Shown one piece after another: positions 11,228 through 21,770 of a DNA stretch of 64,000 bases (position 1 is its first letter; the number at the start of each line of letters is the position of its first letter). The notes under the pieces are model-generated. The model worked only from the letters and a program-made list of their open reading frames with translations, was not told where the DNA came from and did not search any database. The stretch lies in contig CAKVHZ010000004.1 in assembly GCA_934754445.1 (NCBI GenBank), positions 30 to 64,029 on the forward strand. The letters are read 5' to 3'. A program made the translations under genes and the position numbers. Source of the stretch: an uncultured Clostridia bacterium. Lineage in GTDB: Bacteria; Bacillota; Clostridia; Christensenellales; UBA1242.

Positions 11228-11839
11228 TTACTTTTGTTTATTGTTTTTATTTTCAGTTGGGGTTTTTAATGTTTTTATAAAATGACTTAATATTAAAACA
11301 ATTTCTATAGGTAATCCTAAAAGGAAAATTAACCATAAGTGATATTGAATAAATTGACAATATAAACTTGCAATTAACGACCAAATAAAAAGTGATGAAA
11401 TATATAAATTATAACTTTTTTTACCCCAAAGTCTATTAAAATAATATAAAACTATACTACTTGCGGGAATTGACCAAACAAAAACTTGCCAAAGGATAAA
11501 ATGGTTATAAATTTTACAATATAAAAATATTACAATGGCAACTAACCAAACTATAGTAGTGGATAAAATTGTGCAAACAATTTTATTCGCTTTTTTATTT
11601 GTTAATTCTTGAGTTATTACTTCTTTAGAATGTTCTTCAAATAGATATGTTAGTGGAACACCTAAAGTTTCGCTTAATAGTTGCAAAGTTTCTATGTCGG
11701 GTAGAGATTCGCCTTTTTCCCACCTAGAAATTGCTTTGTCTGAATAATGTATTGCTTCGCCTAATTCTAACTGAGTTAGGTTTTTTTGTTTTCTTAACAT
11801 TACAATATTGTTAGAAATTATTTCTTTTATATTTTCCAT
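11228..11839 (-). CDS. Membrane-tethered XRE-family HTH regulator
   Basis: N-terminal HTH_3 signature (LRKQKNLTQLELGEAIHYSDKAISRWEKGESLP) followed by about four transmembrane segments. Confidence 0.8.
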   Translation of the reverse strand: MENIKEIISNNIVMLRKQKNLTQLELGEAIHYSDKAISRWEKGESLPDIETLQLLSETLGVPLTYLFEEHSKEVITQELTNKKANKIVCTILSTTIVWLVAIVIFLYCKIYNHFILWQVFVWSIPASSIVLYYFNRLWGKKSYNLYISSLFIWSLIASLYCQFIQYHLWLIFLLGLPIEIVLILSHFIKTLKTPTENKNNKQK

Positions 11840-12030
11840 ATTTTATTTTATCATAATTTTTTTTAAAAAAGCAATTATTTTGCTAAAAAAGGCTAATTCT
11901 CGAAATATGGGAGTTATTTTTTTTAATTCTCACATGCAAGAACTAAAGTGTAGAGTTAAAATTTAAGACTTCTCTTTACAATAAGAATATGTTTAGTTTA
12001 TAATTGTGCCGTGCTAAAGGATGAAATTTA

Positions 12031-12972
12031 ATGAGAAAGAAAAAAGAAACTAATCAAGAAGTTATTAAAGCAAAAAAACAAATGAGAATCACAACATTAT
12101 TAATTATAATTTTTGTTGGACTATTTGTTGGTATATCAATTGGTATATATTTTAATTCTCTTAAATTAGACCCAAACAGATATAACTTTGATATTAATAC
12201 TTTAGTTGATGATGTAGAGCCTATAAAAATTGAGGCAAAAACAGAATCTCCACAAGAGTTAGGTGCTACTAAAAGTTGTGTGCTTGCGTTTTATACAACT
12301 TTTAACTATCAAAAAGTTGAAATTATAGGTAATGGTCTTGTTGTTGCTAAAGCACCTTTTGTAGGAAATGTAAATCAAATAATTAATGCTAGAACAATAA
12401 GAGTTGGCAACAAACTTTTTACGGAAAATGTAAGCGTTAGTAAATATGCAAAAGCACTAAATAGATATTATGTTACTGATGATAATATTTTGCACTATAG
12501 TGGTAGTTTATCAAACAATATTGTTACATGGAACACAAATGCTGACAATATTAGTAAAGATGCAACAAAAACTATGGCACAATATAAAGAAAAATATAAT
12601 TGCACAATGTATGATTATATGAATTATATTGTCTCTTCTAAAACTGTCGTAACTTCTAGTGAAGTTGAAATAAATGAAGACGGTAATTTTGCTTTTACTT
12701 TAACATTAGATAAAAGTAAATCGGTTGTTAATTATGTTAAAACTATGAAAGATACGGGGGGATTAGCAGATTATCCAGATTTTACTTCTGACCCTAAAAT
12801 CACATTAACAATTGATAAAGATTATAGAATTTTAAAATTTGTAAGCGAAGAAACTTACAATGCGAATGTTGGAATTTCGGCAAAATCAACTGGAACATTA
12901 ACAAACACCTTTAAGTATGATGAAGATTTTGCTATTCCCGAGCTTACAGATACAACAGAAATTAGTAATTAG
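12031..12972 (+). CDS. Membrane-anchored hypothetical protein
   Basis: 313 aa with a single N-terminal TM (ITTLLIIIFVGLFVGISIGIYF). Its stop lies 8 nt before the giant ORF. Confidence 0.65.
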   Translation: MRKKKETNQEVIKAKKQMRITTLLIIIFVGLFVGISIGIYFNSLKLDPNRYNFDINTLVDDVEPIKIEAKTESPQELGATKSCVLAFYTTFNYQKVEIIGNGLVVAKAPFVGNVNQIINARTIRVGNKLFTENVSVSKYAKALNRYYVTDDNILHYSGSLSNNIVTWNTNADNISKDATKTMAQYKEKYNCTMYDYMNYIVSSKTVVTSSEVEINEDGNFAFTLTLDKSKSVVNYVKTMKDTGGLADYPDFTSDPKITLTIDKDYRILKFVSEETYNANVGISAKSTGTLTNTFKYDEDFAIPELTDTTEISN

Positions 12973-12980
12973 AGGATTAT

Positions 12981-15900
12981 ATGAAAAAAATTTTAATATA
13001 TATATTTACTTTTATATTAACTGTTATTGCTTCGGCCCTTGGAACAATTGGCATAAACAATATTTTTTTGCAGGCGAGTTCAAAGGGTAATCAAGAAAAT
13101 CAAACTACAGTTACTCCCACAAAAGAAAAATCAGACGGCGAAAAATTACTTGATGGACTTTTAAGTTTAAATGGAATAAACATTAATTTAAATGTGAATT
13201 TATTAAATAATAATACATCTACACAACTTATGAGTGTTTCAAGCGAAAACAAAAATAATGTTAAAACAAATATTAAGTTTAATGGCAGTTTTAGTATTCA
13301 AGATTTAGAAAACATTAAATTAAAAGGGACATTAACTATCACTAATGCAAGCACCAACATTGTTTTAAATATTTCATTCTTAAATAATGTTTTATACCTT
13401 TCTAATGATTCTATGAATATAAAACTAGAAGTCGCTAGTTTAACAAAAATCTTTGATTTACTTCCACAACTTGGACTAAACCTAGATTTAGGTATTGATA
13501 TGGGTAGTATAGATTCGCAAGAATTACTATCTAACTTACAAAATCTTAAAGCTGAAGTTTTAGAAGATGGCAGTTTAAAAATGCCTTTTAAAATAACTGA
13601 TGATTTATGTTTAAATATTTTTGCTGATAAAGATTATGTGGTTACAGGTATTGAAACTGATATTTTAAAAATAAAAAATAATCTTTTAAAAATTGATGCA
13701 GTTATTAATAAAAATGAAGAATTGCAAATTGAAAGCCCAGATGTTGATGATAGTTTTGCCGATGTTACAAAAACAATAAACATTCTAGACAATGTAAAAG
13801 ATGTTTTAAGTAGCAAAAATTTACATGTTTATGTAAATGCTAGTTCTGTAGGTAAATTACAAGCAAATCTAAAAGGTGATGTTTATTTAGATTTTAACAA
13901 TAAATTTAATTTGCTAACCATTTTGAAAGTTGAATATAATAATAAAACTTATGATGTAACTTTTAGTTGTTTAAATGACACAATTTATTTATCTTTAAAT
14001 AACTTAAAATTTAAAATAACTAAAGAAAATTTAGAAGAAACTATTGACTTTATTGTTAAAGAGTTTAATCTAGACAAAACTGAAATGTTCAAGACTTTTA
14101 ATTCAATTACTAATTTTGACTTAAAGAGTATAAAAAATAATATAAATAATATTGATATAAATAACTTACTAGAATTTTCTAAAGGCAATGAAAATTCAAT
14201 TTGTCTAAAAATTAATAGTAAACTACTAGGCATAGAAGAAGACTTTAATGTTGAAATGAAATTTGATGATGAAAAATTTAATGGCATAGTTTTATCAAAC
14301 ATTAATGTTTTAGATAGTGTTGTTAATGCCGAAATTACATATAAAGATAACTTTGATATGATAGAAATTGATACAAAAGAATATCAAAGTTTAGAAAATT
14401 TAAAAGATTTTATAAAATCAACAAAAACTACAATTGATAAATATTTAAACGAAAAACAATTTGGAATAAAATTAACTGATTTTAATATTGTTTTAAATAA
14501 TCAAAGTTTTTTTGTAAACGGAACAATATTAGTGAACTTAAAAAATGCTATTAAAGAAAATAACGAGTTTGATATCAGCAATTTAAATGGTTATGCAAAC
14601 TTAACTTTATTAAATAATCAAAAAACTTATAATGTGATAATCCATCTACAAAATGGGCGAGTATATTTATCTTATAATAATTTAAATTTAAGCGTAGATA
14701 TAAATAAAGTAAAAAATGTAGTAGAAATAGTAAATCAAATTAAATTTATAAGTGAAAGTTTAAATAATATTAATTTTACAGAAACTACAATGCGAGAACT
14801 TATAGAAAAATCTAAACAACAATCAAATCAATTTAAATTTGCCCTTTCAGATGTTTTAAGTTCAAGCACCATAGAAAAATTTAAAAACACATTAAAAACT
14901 AATTTAAACGATTTTAACTTAGATGATATAAAACAATTTAGTTTATCAGATAAACAATTATCAATTATTTTAGCTAAAACTTTATTTAATCAAGATAATG
15001 ACATTGAATTAAATTTAGGATATGATAAATTAATTAATGAAATAAGTTTTAATTTAATTAAAGTTAAAACTATGAGTGTTTGTGGAACAGTTAACTTGTT
15101 AGAGAACTATCAAGTACCTTTAATTGACAAAAACATTTATTCAAGTTTAGATTCTATTGAAAACTTATTTAATGCTATTTCTAACACTGCAATAGATATT
15201 GTTGATGATAAACATATCACTTTTGATTTAAACACTGAGTTTATTAACACAAAATTTGAGAAAAATTCTAAAGATGTTATCACTAAAGAAACAGAAACTT
15301 TAATATCTTTACAACCTTCAAGTTTTGCTAGTTTTGATTTTAGTGATGCGTATAGTTATGAAAAAAATAAAAACAATTTTGACTTTAAAAAATTAAAAGC
15401 TCAAATTACTTTTAATGTTAATGTAACGACTAAAATTTATCCTTACGAAAATGGTGTAAAAAATAATACTCCAACTAAAACAGTAAACAACACACATAAT
15501 TTAGAAATCACTTATTTAAATAATGTTATTTACATTAAATTTAATAAAATGTATGCAAAAATAAGTGGGGATAGCATTAAAGGCATTATCTCTACAGTTT
15601 GTGAAATGTTAAACATAGATGTTAATGAAAATTTAATTCAAAATATCAAAAATTTGATTTCACAAAATGGTGATAGCAATAATTTATTAGAAAAATTAAA
15701 CGATTTAATTATAAATAGCATTAATTTAACAGACTCTAACCTAAAACTAGATTTAACAACGAGTAAAATTGGTAATTTAAAAATCAACTTAGATTATAAT
15801 AATTTAGGATTAAGCAAATTAAATATTAAAAATTTAAAATTAAAAAATAATCAAATAAATAACTTAGATATTAATTTGAAAGAATTTGAACCAATTTCTT

Positions 15901-18077
15901 ATAATTTAAACAATAATTACATAGATTTATCAAATATTGACGAACTTTTAATAGCTGTTAAAAACACTACAGAATTTAACGATTTTGAAATAGATGGAAG
16001 CATTAATTTAAAATTAAAAGTTTTAAGCGTAAATATTGACTGGAATATTCCATTGAATGCAAAAGTAAAACTTTTAGATGAAGGTTTTGAAGCATCTATC
16101 AAAATTGGTGCAATTCCAGTTATTCCAGGTGTGAATGATGATACTCCTTATAAAGCTGGTAACACAGTTAGTGGAATTTACTCAGCACTAAATAGAATTT
16201 TAAATGTTTATATTAAAGATAATATGGTTTACTTCCATAGGTCAGAAGAAGTGCCAGTATTCTTAGTAGATAATAGAATTTATGAAAAGAAACTAAAAAT
16301 TCATATTGATACACTTTTAAACGACCCACTATATTATGTTTTACAATACGGTTTTGGCTTTAGTGATTCAATTATGAGCGAAATAAGCAAATCATTTAAA
16401 AAAGAAAGAGAAAATCCTTTAGATTACTCAAACATTTTAAAAGATTTTAGTAGTAGTTCTAATGCTTATTCTTTAACTTTAAATTTAAAAGAACTTGTAG
16501 AAAATGATAAATTAGACACAATGACTTTAGGTGTAATCACTAAAATGTTTAATGAAAAATCTATTATTGGTGCAATAAACTTTAATATGTATATGCCATT
16601 AACCGATAGTGTTAATATTACTTTAAGTTCAAACGAATTGTTGCATAAAAATATAGGTCAAACTATTAATTTTGATAATGTTTATGAATATATTAATAAT
16701 AATTCTCAATATAAAGAAGGGGCAGAGTGGGATGCATATAATGGTGACTGGCAACTTGCTGGTCAAAGAAAATTCACTCTAAGTTTTGAAACTAATAGCA
16801 AGCAACAACTAGAAAATATTGTTGCAATTGCTGGTTCAAAAATCACTCTTCCTACTTTAAATAGTTATTATCAAGATGAAAATAAAACAAGAAAAACTTA
16901 TACATTCGCGGGTTGGTATACAACTAAAACTTTTGATAAAAATACTGAGTATACAAGTAATGTAATGCCAAGAAAAGATACTACACTTTATGCTAAGTGG
17001 GAAGTAACTACTTTAAATTATATTACTATTCATTTTGTTACTAATGGTGGAAGCGAATTAGAAGATTTATGCGTTCTTGAAAATTCAGTTATAAGTTTAC
17101 CCCAATATTTTGAATTAATTACTATCGAAAACGATTTAGGTATATTTACTAAACAATTTGATGGTTGGTGCTTAGATGAAAATTGTGAAGTTATGTTTGA
17201 AAATAATATTGCCCCAAATAGCGATATCACTTTATATGCAAAATGGTCGGTTATTGATAGTAAAGAAACATATTTAGTAACAATTTATGATAATGCAGAA
17301 AAAATATCAACAAGAAGAGTTTTAGAAGGAAATTCCATAACTCTTGCTGGTAATAAATTCACAAGCACAACTAAATATTATTTAGATAGTGAATATAAAA
17401 CCGAAATTGATATTGCTTCGTTTGTAATGCCAAGTAACGATGTTGTTATTTATATAAAAAATGAATATAACGTAACGGTTAAATCTGATTATGGTGTAGT
17501 TACAAATAATACTATATCAATTTATCAAGGTAGCATTGTAGAAATTGTTAGTCAACAAGATTATTTTGAAGATGATGGCACGCAAACTGAAAGAACAATC
17601 TATACTTTTAATGGTTATTATTATGGTGGCGAAAAAATCAATGATATTTCAAATTTTATCATGCCAAATAAAGATGTAACAATTGTTGCAAATTGGACTA
17701 TTGTAGTTAAACAATATGTTACTATTACCTTTAATGTAAACTGGGCTAAACCAGATAGTTGGCAAGATAACAATAGTAATGCTTTTGGTAAAATAACTTG
17801 CAAACAATCAGCAGTAGCACTGCAAAGTTTTAAAATTTTAGAAGGTTATTCATTTAATCCATCAATTTATACTGCACAGTGCAGTTATGAATATAGGGCA
17901 GTAGGAATTAAAAAAACATATAAATTTGTTGTTCATTCTTGGAGCATTAACGGAACAAAACAACTTTCTTACAACAAATTAGCAACCGAACCCAAAACAG
18001 AAAGTTATGATGTTTTAACAAATTTAACAATTACCGAAGACACAATTTTATACGCTGTTTGGAAATACGCAGGTTAA
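12981..18077 (+). CDS. Giant surface protein (1698 aa) with C-terminal Listeria-Bacteroides (Flg_new-type) repeats
   Basis: N-terminal signal/anchor. About five C-terminal repeats of the type TFAGWYT...LYAKW, FDGWCLD...LYAKW, FNGYYYG...IVANW and ...LYAVWK. The N-terminal two thirds contain a recurring ..YL.NN.IYLS.NN.. module. Confidence 0.8.
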   Translation: MKKILIYIFTFILTVIASALGTIGINNIFLQASSKGNQENQTTVTPTKEKSDGEKLLDGLLSLNGININLNVNLLNNNTSTQLMSVSSENKNNVKTNIKFNGSFSIQDLENIKLKGTLTITNASTNIVLNISFLNNVLYLSNDSMNIKLEVASLTKIFDLLPQLGLNLDLGIDMGSIDSQELLSNLQNLKAEVLEDGSLKMPFKITDDLCLNIFADKDYVVTGIETDILKIKNNLLKIDAVINKNEELQIESPDVDDSFADVTKTINILDNVKDVLSSKNLHVYVNASSVGKLQANLKGDVYLDFNNKFNLLTILKVEYNNKTYDVTFSCLNDTIYLSLNNLKFKITKENLEETIDFIVKEFNLDKTEMFKTFNSITNFDLKSIKNNINNIDINNLLEFSKGNENSICLKINSKLLGIEEDFNVEMKFDDEKFNGIVLSNINVLDSVVNAEITYKDNFDMIEIDTKEYQSLENLKDFIKSTKTTIDKYLNEKQFGIKLTDFNIVLNNQSFFVNGTILVNLKNAIKENNEFDISNLNGYANLTLLNNQKTYNVIIHLQNGRVYLSYNNLNLSVDINKVKNVVEIVNQIKFISESLNNINFTETTMRELIEKSKQQSNQFKFALSDVLSSSTIEKFKNTLKTNLNDFNLDDIKQFSLSDKQLSIILAKTLFNQDNDIELNLGYDKLINEISFNLIKVKTMSVCGTVNLLENYQVPLIDKNIYSSLDSIENLFNAISNTAIDIVDDKHITFDLNTEFINTKFEKNSKDVITKETETLISLQPSSFASFDFSDAYSYEKNKNNFDFKKLKAQITFNVNVTTKIYPYENGVKNNTPTKTVNNTHNLEITYLNNVIYIKFNKMYAKISGDSIKGIISTVCEMLNIDVNENLIQNIKNLISQNGDSNNLLEKLNDLIINSINLTDSNLKLDLTTSKIGNLKINLDYNNLGLSKLNIKNLKLKNNQINNLDINLKEFEPISYNLNNNYIDLSNIDELLIAVKNTTEFNDFEIDGSINLKLKVLSVNIDWNIPLNAKVKLLDEGFEASIKIGAIPVIPGVNDDTPYKAGNTVSGIYSALNRILNVYIKDNMVYFHRSEEVPVFLVDNRIYEKKLKIHIDTLLNDPLYYVLQYGFGFSDSIMSEISKSFKKERENPLDYSNILKDFSSSSNAYSLTLNLKELVENDKLDTMTLGVITKMFNEKSIIGAINFNMYMPLTDSVNITLSSNELLHKNIGQTINFDNVYEYINNNSQYKEGAEWDAYNGDWQLAGQRKFTLSFETNSKQQLENIVAIAGSKITLPTLNSYYQDENKTRKTYTFAGWYTTKTFDKNTEYTSNVMPRKDTTLYAKWEVTTLNYITIHFVTNGGSELEDLCVLENSVISLPQYFELITIENDLGIFTKQFDGWCLDENCEVMFENNIAPNSDITLYAKWSVIDSKETYLVTIYDNAEKISTRRVLEGNSITLAGNKFTSTTKYYLDSEYKTEIDIASFVMPSNDVVIYIKNEYNVTVKSDYGVVTNNTISIYQGSIVEIVSQQDYFEDDGTQTERTIYTFNGYYYGGEKINDISNFIMPNKDVTIVANWTIVVKQYVTITFNVNWAKPDSWQDNNSNAFGKITCKQSAVALQSFKILEGYSFNPSIYTAQCSYEYRAVGIKKTYKFVVHSWSINGTKQLSYNKLATEPKTESYDVLTNLTITEDTILYAVWKYAG

Positions 18078-18083
18078 TAAAAA

Positions 18084-18116
18084 ATAGAAAAAGGTTAATA
18101 CTTTTTCTATTTTTTT
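18084..18116. terminator. Bidirectional terminator
   Basis: Stem atagaaaaag / ctttttctat flanked by A- and T-runs, between convergent genes. Confidence 0.8.
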
Positions 18117-18142
18117 ATGTATATAAATATGTATTTATATGT

Positions 18143-18439
18143 CTATTTTAATAATTCTTTTAACGCAACTTTTTTGCTTTCAGGAAGATTTTTAATGATA
18201 GATAAGTTTGATTTGTCAATTTTATAACAGTTTACATCTTCATAAAAAAATTCTTCTGGGGTAATTCCACAAGCGTCTATAATATCTAAAACAATTTTCA
18301 TAGAAGGTTCAAATTCACCTGCTTCCATTTTTGTAATATAGGCAGAATTTTTGCCAATAGTTAAACTTAATGCTCTTGCACTATAATTTGCTTTGTTTCT
18401 AAAATATCCAATTCGCCTTATAACTTCTTTTAAATCCAT
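18143..18439 (-). CDS. XRE-family HTH transcriptional regulator
   Basis: 98 aa with an HTH_3-like segment (YSARALSLTIGKNSAYITKMEAGEFEPS). Confidence 0.8.
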   Translation of the reverse strand: MDLKEVIRRIGYFRNKANYSARALSLTIGKNSAYITKMEAGEFEPSMKIVLDIIDACGITPEEFFYEDVNCYKIDKSNLSIIKNLPESKKVALKELLK

Positions 18440-18577
18440 AAAATGTCCCTTAATTTTATATTGTTTATCTATACAATAATTATACTTTTAATAATAAATT
18501 AATATTATTCGTTTAAAATGATAAATCTAAAAATTTCGCAACATTTTATTGCTTATAATGAAATATTTTAAATACTA

Positions 18578-18606
18578 TTGACTTTTTAGGGAATGTTATA
18601 TATAAT
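18578..18606 (+). promoter_or_regulatory. Sigma-70-type promoter in the divergent region
   Basis: TTGACT, 17 nt spacer, TATAAT. A second extended -10 (TGgTATAAT) lies at 18707-18715. Confidence 0.5.
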
Positions 18607-18744
18607 TATAGATAATAAGAACCAAATAATACTATTATATTGTAAATTGAGTTTTTAATTAAAAATTTAAAAAATGTAATTTAAAAAAACAATTTAAGAA
18701 ATTTTATGGTATAATTGGTTATAATTAAAACAAAGGAGCGAAAT

Positions 18745-19560
18745 ATGAAAATTAGTGATAAAGATATAAGTGAGATGGTTGAAAAATACAAGAAAAAAAC
18801 AAAAAAGAAATGTTATGAAATGCAACTATTTGTAGCAGATTATGATGACGAAATTAAAATTTTAGATGATAAACTTGGTGGAAGACCATATCTTCCTGTT
18901 GGTGAAAAATATCCAGTAGACAAAAGAGGGAATCCTATGCCTCTTCTTTTACAAATTAATTTAAAAAATGTTGACTTAAAAAATTATCCAAAACAAGGAA
19001 TTTTAGAAGTGTTCACAAACATTGAGTATCCAATGGAATATCAAGTTAAACTTTTTGAAGAAGGTCTTGAATATCAAACAGAATTTCCAGAAACAAAAGC
19101 ATATTACAATGGCGAAGAGTTTGAATATTTTGTTAAAAAACCACTTTTAGTAAAATTAAGAGAAACAACTATGCACATGCCAACCACTAATTACAAAAGC
19201 AGGAAAATTGGTGAAAAAATTTTCAAAGAACAATTTGAAAATAAAGTTAGCAAGGAAGAACTTGACGACTTTTTAAAAAATAAGTTTAGAGATTTTTGGG
19301 ACGACAAACTTGATGATGAGATTGATAAACATTTAGATTATTATTGGTTTAACTTTGGTGGATATCCAAATTTTAGTCAATATGATGCAAGACTAGACCT
19401 AAGACCAAGGAAAGATGAATGCGTTTTTTCATTTGACCCAATTGGTTATGAAGATTATGTTGAAATTGGCGATAGTGGAACAATGTGGGGATTTATGACA
19501 AAAGAAGATTTGAAAAACGGCAAGTTTGAAAATATGTTTGTTGACTATGATTGCTGTTAA
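18745..19560 (+). CDS. DUF1963 / YwqG-family protein
   Basis: Signature LGGRPYLPVGEKYPVDKRGNPMPLLLQINL and C-terminal GDSGTMWGF, typical of YwqG-like proteins. ATG with SD aaaggag. Confidence 0.7.
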   Translation: MKISDKDISEMVEKYKKKTKKKCYEMQLFVADYDDEIKILDDKLGGRPYLPVGEKYPVDKRGNPMPLLLQINLKNVDLKNYPKQGILEVFTNIEYPMEYQVKLFEEGLEYQTEFPETKAYYNGEEFEYFVKKPLLVKLRETTMHMPTTNYKSRKIGEKIFKEQFENKVSKEELDDFLKNKFRDFWDDKLDDEIDKHLDYYWFNFGGYPNFSQYDARLDLRPRKDECVFSFDPIGYEDYVEIGDSGTMWGFMTKEDLKNGKFENMFVDYDCC

Positions 19561-19574
19561 AAAAGGAAATTTTT

Positions 19575-20267
19575 ATGAATAATGTTATAAAAATTAAAAA
19601 AGAAGATTTATTTGACCAAAAAGTAGGAAACTATTTATATGAAGAAAATGGCGAACTATATTTTTGTAGTAAGCCAAGTTCAGCGATGTTTGAACTAAAA
19701 AGAGATTACAAAAATTATGATGAAACTTTAAATCATCACATGAATTTTGATGACTATGTTCAAAAATTTTTAGAAATTTGTGCAAAAATAGAGAACAAAC
19801 CATCACTTATATTTTTAAACTATGTTCCAAAAAATGTTATGATACTAAATGAAACTGAAGGAAGTTATAAAAGAAATTATAGTTTTTTGACAAATCTAAC
19901 AAGTGATGAAGATTTTGAAACACTTAATACAAAGCCAAGTATTATTTGTGAACCAATAGGAGTTATGGAAATTTTAAGACAACTTGTTGAAACAAGAAGC
20001 GAAAATGAACCACAAACCGATGTTTTCGTATTTTTCAATGAACCTGAAAAATATTGCAACTTAGATGAATGCCCTGGCATTGATTCCATTCTAACTGCTT
20101 GTAAAAATCGTAGAATTTATTTAGTTTTTAATTTCGTAAATTCTTATAAATTCATTGAAAGATATGGAATAGAGAGTTATGATTTAATAGAAAATTATTG
20201 TTCGGTTAAATTTATTTGCAACTTTAACGGAGTTGTAGATATTCAACCAACCAATAAAGTGGACTAA
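19575..20267 (+). CDS. Hypothetical protein
   Basis: 230 aa from the ATG with SD aaagga. No motif recognised. Confidence 0.6.
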   Translation: MNNVIKIKKEDLFDQKVGNYLYEENGELYFCSKPSSAMFELKRDYKNYDETLNHHMNFDDYVQKFLEICAKIENKPSLIFLNYVPKNVMILNETEGSYKRNYSFLTNLTSDEDFETLNTKPSIICEPIGVMEILRQLVETRSENEPQTDVFVFFNEPEKYCNLDECPGIDSILTACKNRRIYLVFNFVNSYKFIERYGIESYDLIENYCSVKFICNFNGVVDIQPTNKVD

Positions 20268-20277
20268 AGGAGAAAAA

Positions 20278-21348
20278 ATGAGAGTATATAGTAAAAAATT
20301 AAAAAACAGATTTAAAGATTTAATTAGCGAAATTGACAATAATGACAACTTAAATAAAAGACAGTTTGCCGAGGAAAAGGTTTTGCCGTTCTTGTTTGAC
20401 TTATTTGATGAAATTGTGGCTAACGATGGTTTAGATAAAGTAGGGCATGGATTTATTGAAAATGCAGGTGTTAATATGGCGATTGATCGAACTTTATCAG
20501 GAAATAACTTTTGTATTGAAAAAAATAATTTTTTTAAAATGTGGAACAATGGCTATCCATTATATGCATTAGAAAACAATATGCGTTCGGTTTTTCATGA
20601 AGCTAGACATCTTATACAAAGAGAATTGGTAATGGAAAATGATATTTTGAAATTATCGCCATATTCAATAATTTATGCAAAAGAAGAAATGATTGCAGTG
20701 GTTAATTATGATTTTTATATAAAAAATCATGATGAGTTTTTAATGGAAATTGAAGCAAATAGTAAAGCATGCACAGGAAGTGCGGAATTCATTTCTAGTG
20801 CTATGCCAAATTCCGATTATGCTACACAATATGCGGACGAAAATGATCCTGAGTCTGAATTTGCTTATGTTACACCAATATCAAGTTATTTTAAAGATTC
20901 TGATTATTGGGTTAGAAATAAAAGTTATTTAATTTCTAATGCATTTGATAATGCCTTAAAAGAAATGTCAGAAGTAAGTCTGCTAAGTACATTTAGAGGT
21001 CATCCTATTCTTAAATTGGCTTATCATGAAGATGGGACGAAAAAAAGCCTTGAAGAAATATTGTCTTTGCGTAAAGATATTATTAAGGCTAATTACAAAA
21101 ATTTGCAAAAAATAATAAAAGTTGATGACTACAAAACTACTATTTCATGTCATATCAACAAAATATTTGCAGTAATTATTTCAACTGATAAAGAATTAAG
21201 TGAAGATTTTGAAAATTATCTAAAGCAAAAAGAAGATGAAAAGGCGAGTAAAACAGATGATTCTACATTGAAACTAGAACAAAAATACAAACCAAAATCT
21301 CCTGAATTTATAAAAAATCAAAAAAATAAAAATGAAAGAACATTGTAA
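20278..21348 (+). CDS. Hypothetical protein with a zincin-like HExxH motif
   Basis: 356 aa. HEARH motif (VFHEARHLIQRE) with a downstream MEIEAN glutamate. SD aaaggaga. Confidence 0.6.
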   Translation: MRVYSKKLKNRFKDLISEIDNNDNLNKRQFAEEKVLPFLFDLFDEIVANDGLDKVGHGFIENAGVNMAIDRTLSGNNFCIEKNNFFKMWNNGYPLYALENNMRSVFHEARHLIQRELVMENDILKLSPYSIIYAKEEMIAVVNYDFYIKNHDEFLMEIEANSKACTGSAEFISSAMPNSDYATQYADENDPESEFAYVTPISSYFKDSDYWVRNKSYLISNAFDNALKEMSEVSLLSTFRGHPILKLAYHEDGTKKSLEEILSLRKDIIKANYKNLQKIIKVDDYKTTISCHINKIFAVIISTDKELSEDFENYLKQKEDEKASKTDDSTLKLEQKYKPKSPEFIKNQKNKNERTL

Positions 21349-21388
21349 AATTAAAACTCTATAATAAGATAAATAATTAAAATTTTGA

Positions 21389-21419
21389 ACGCACCAAAGC
21401 AAATGTTGGTGTGTTTTTT
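21389..21419 (+). terminator. Rho-independent terminator
   Basis: Stem acgcaccaa / ttggtgtgt (one G-U pair) followed by a T-run. Confidence 0.7.
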
Positions 21420-21613
21420 ACTTATCAAGTAAAAACTTAGTATAAGTTCTTAAAATATATGTTATAATCAAAAAGAGTTTATTTAGAAGTGTGTCGCTAA
21501 CCCAATGATTTTTAGTTATAAATAAAAATTTTGTAAAAATAGGGGAATAAGAACCTGCTTAGCATACCCATGTGTTTCTAAAAAAATCGCCAAAATCCCA
21601 GGGAAATAAAGCG

Positions 21614-21673
21614 TTTAGCGATTTTTAATGAGTGGAGCTAACGAGCAGACTCGAACTGCCGACCTTTCGCTTA
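21614..21673. repeat. attL: orphan copy of the tRNA-Thr 3' part plus 19 nt of downstream sequence
   Basis: 60/60 identical to 28518-28577 when written out base by base. Confidence 0.9.
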
Positions 21674-21770
21674 GCAAAACTCTGTTCTAACACACAAGAG
21701 TTTTGCCCTATCTCCTAAATCGCCCATAAAATAAGCGAATTTGAGATATAAAAAATCAATTAGTGTAGTA

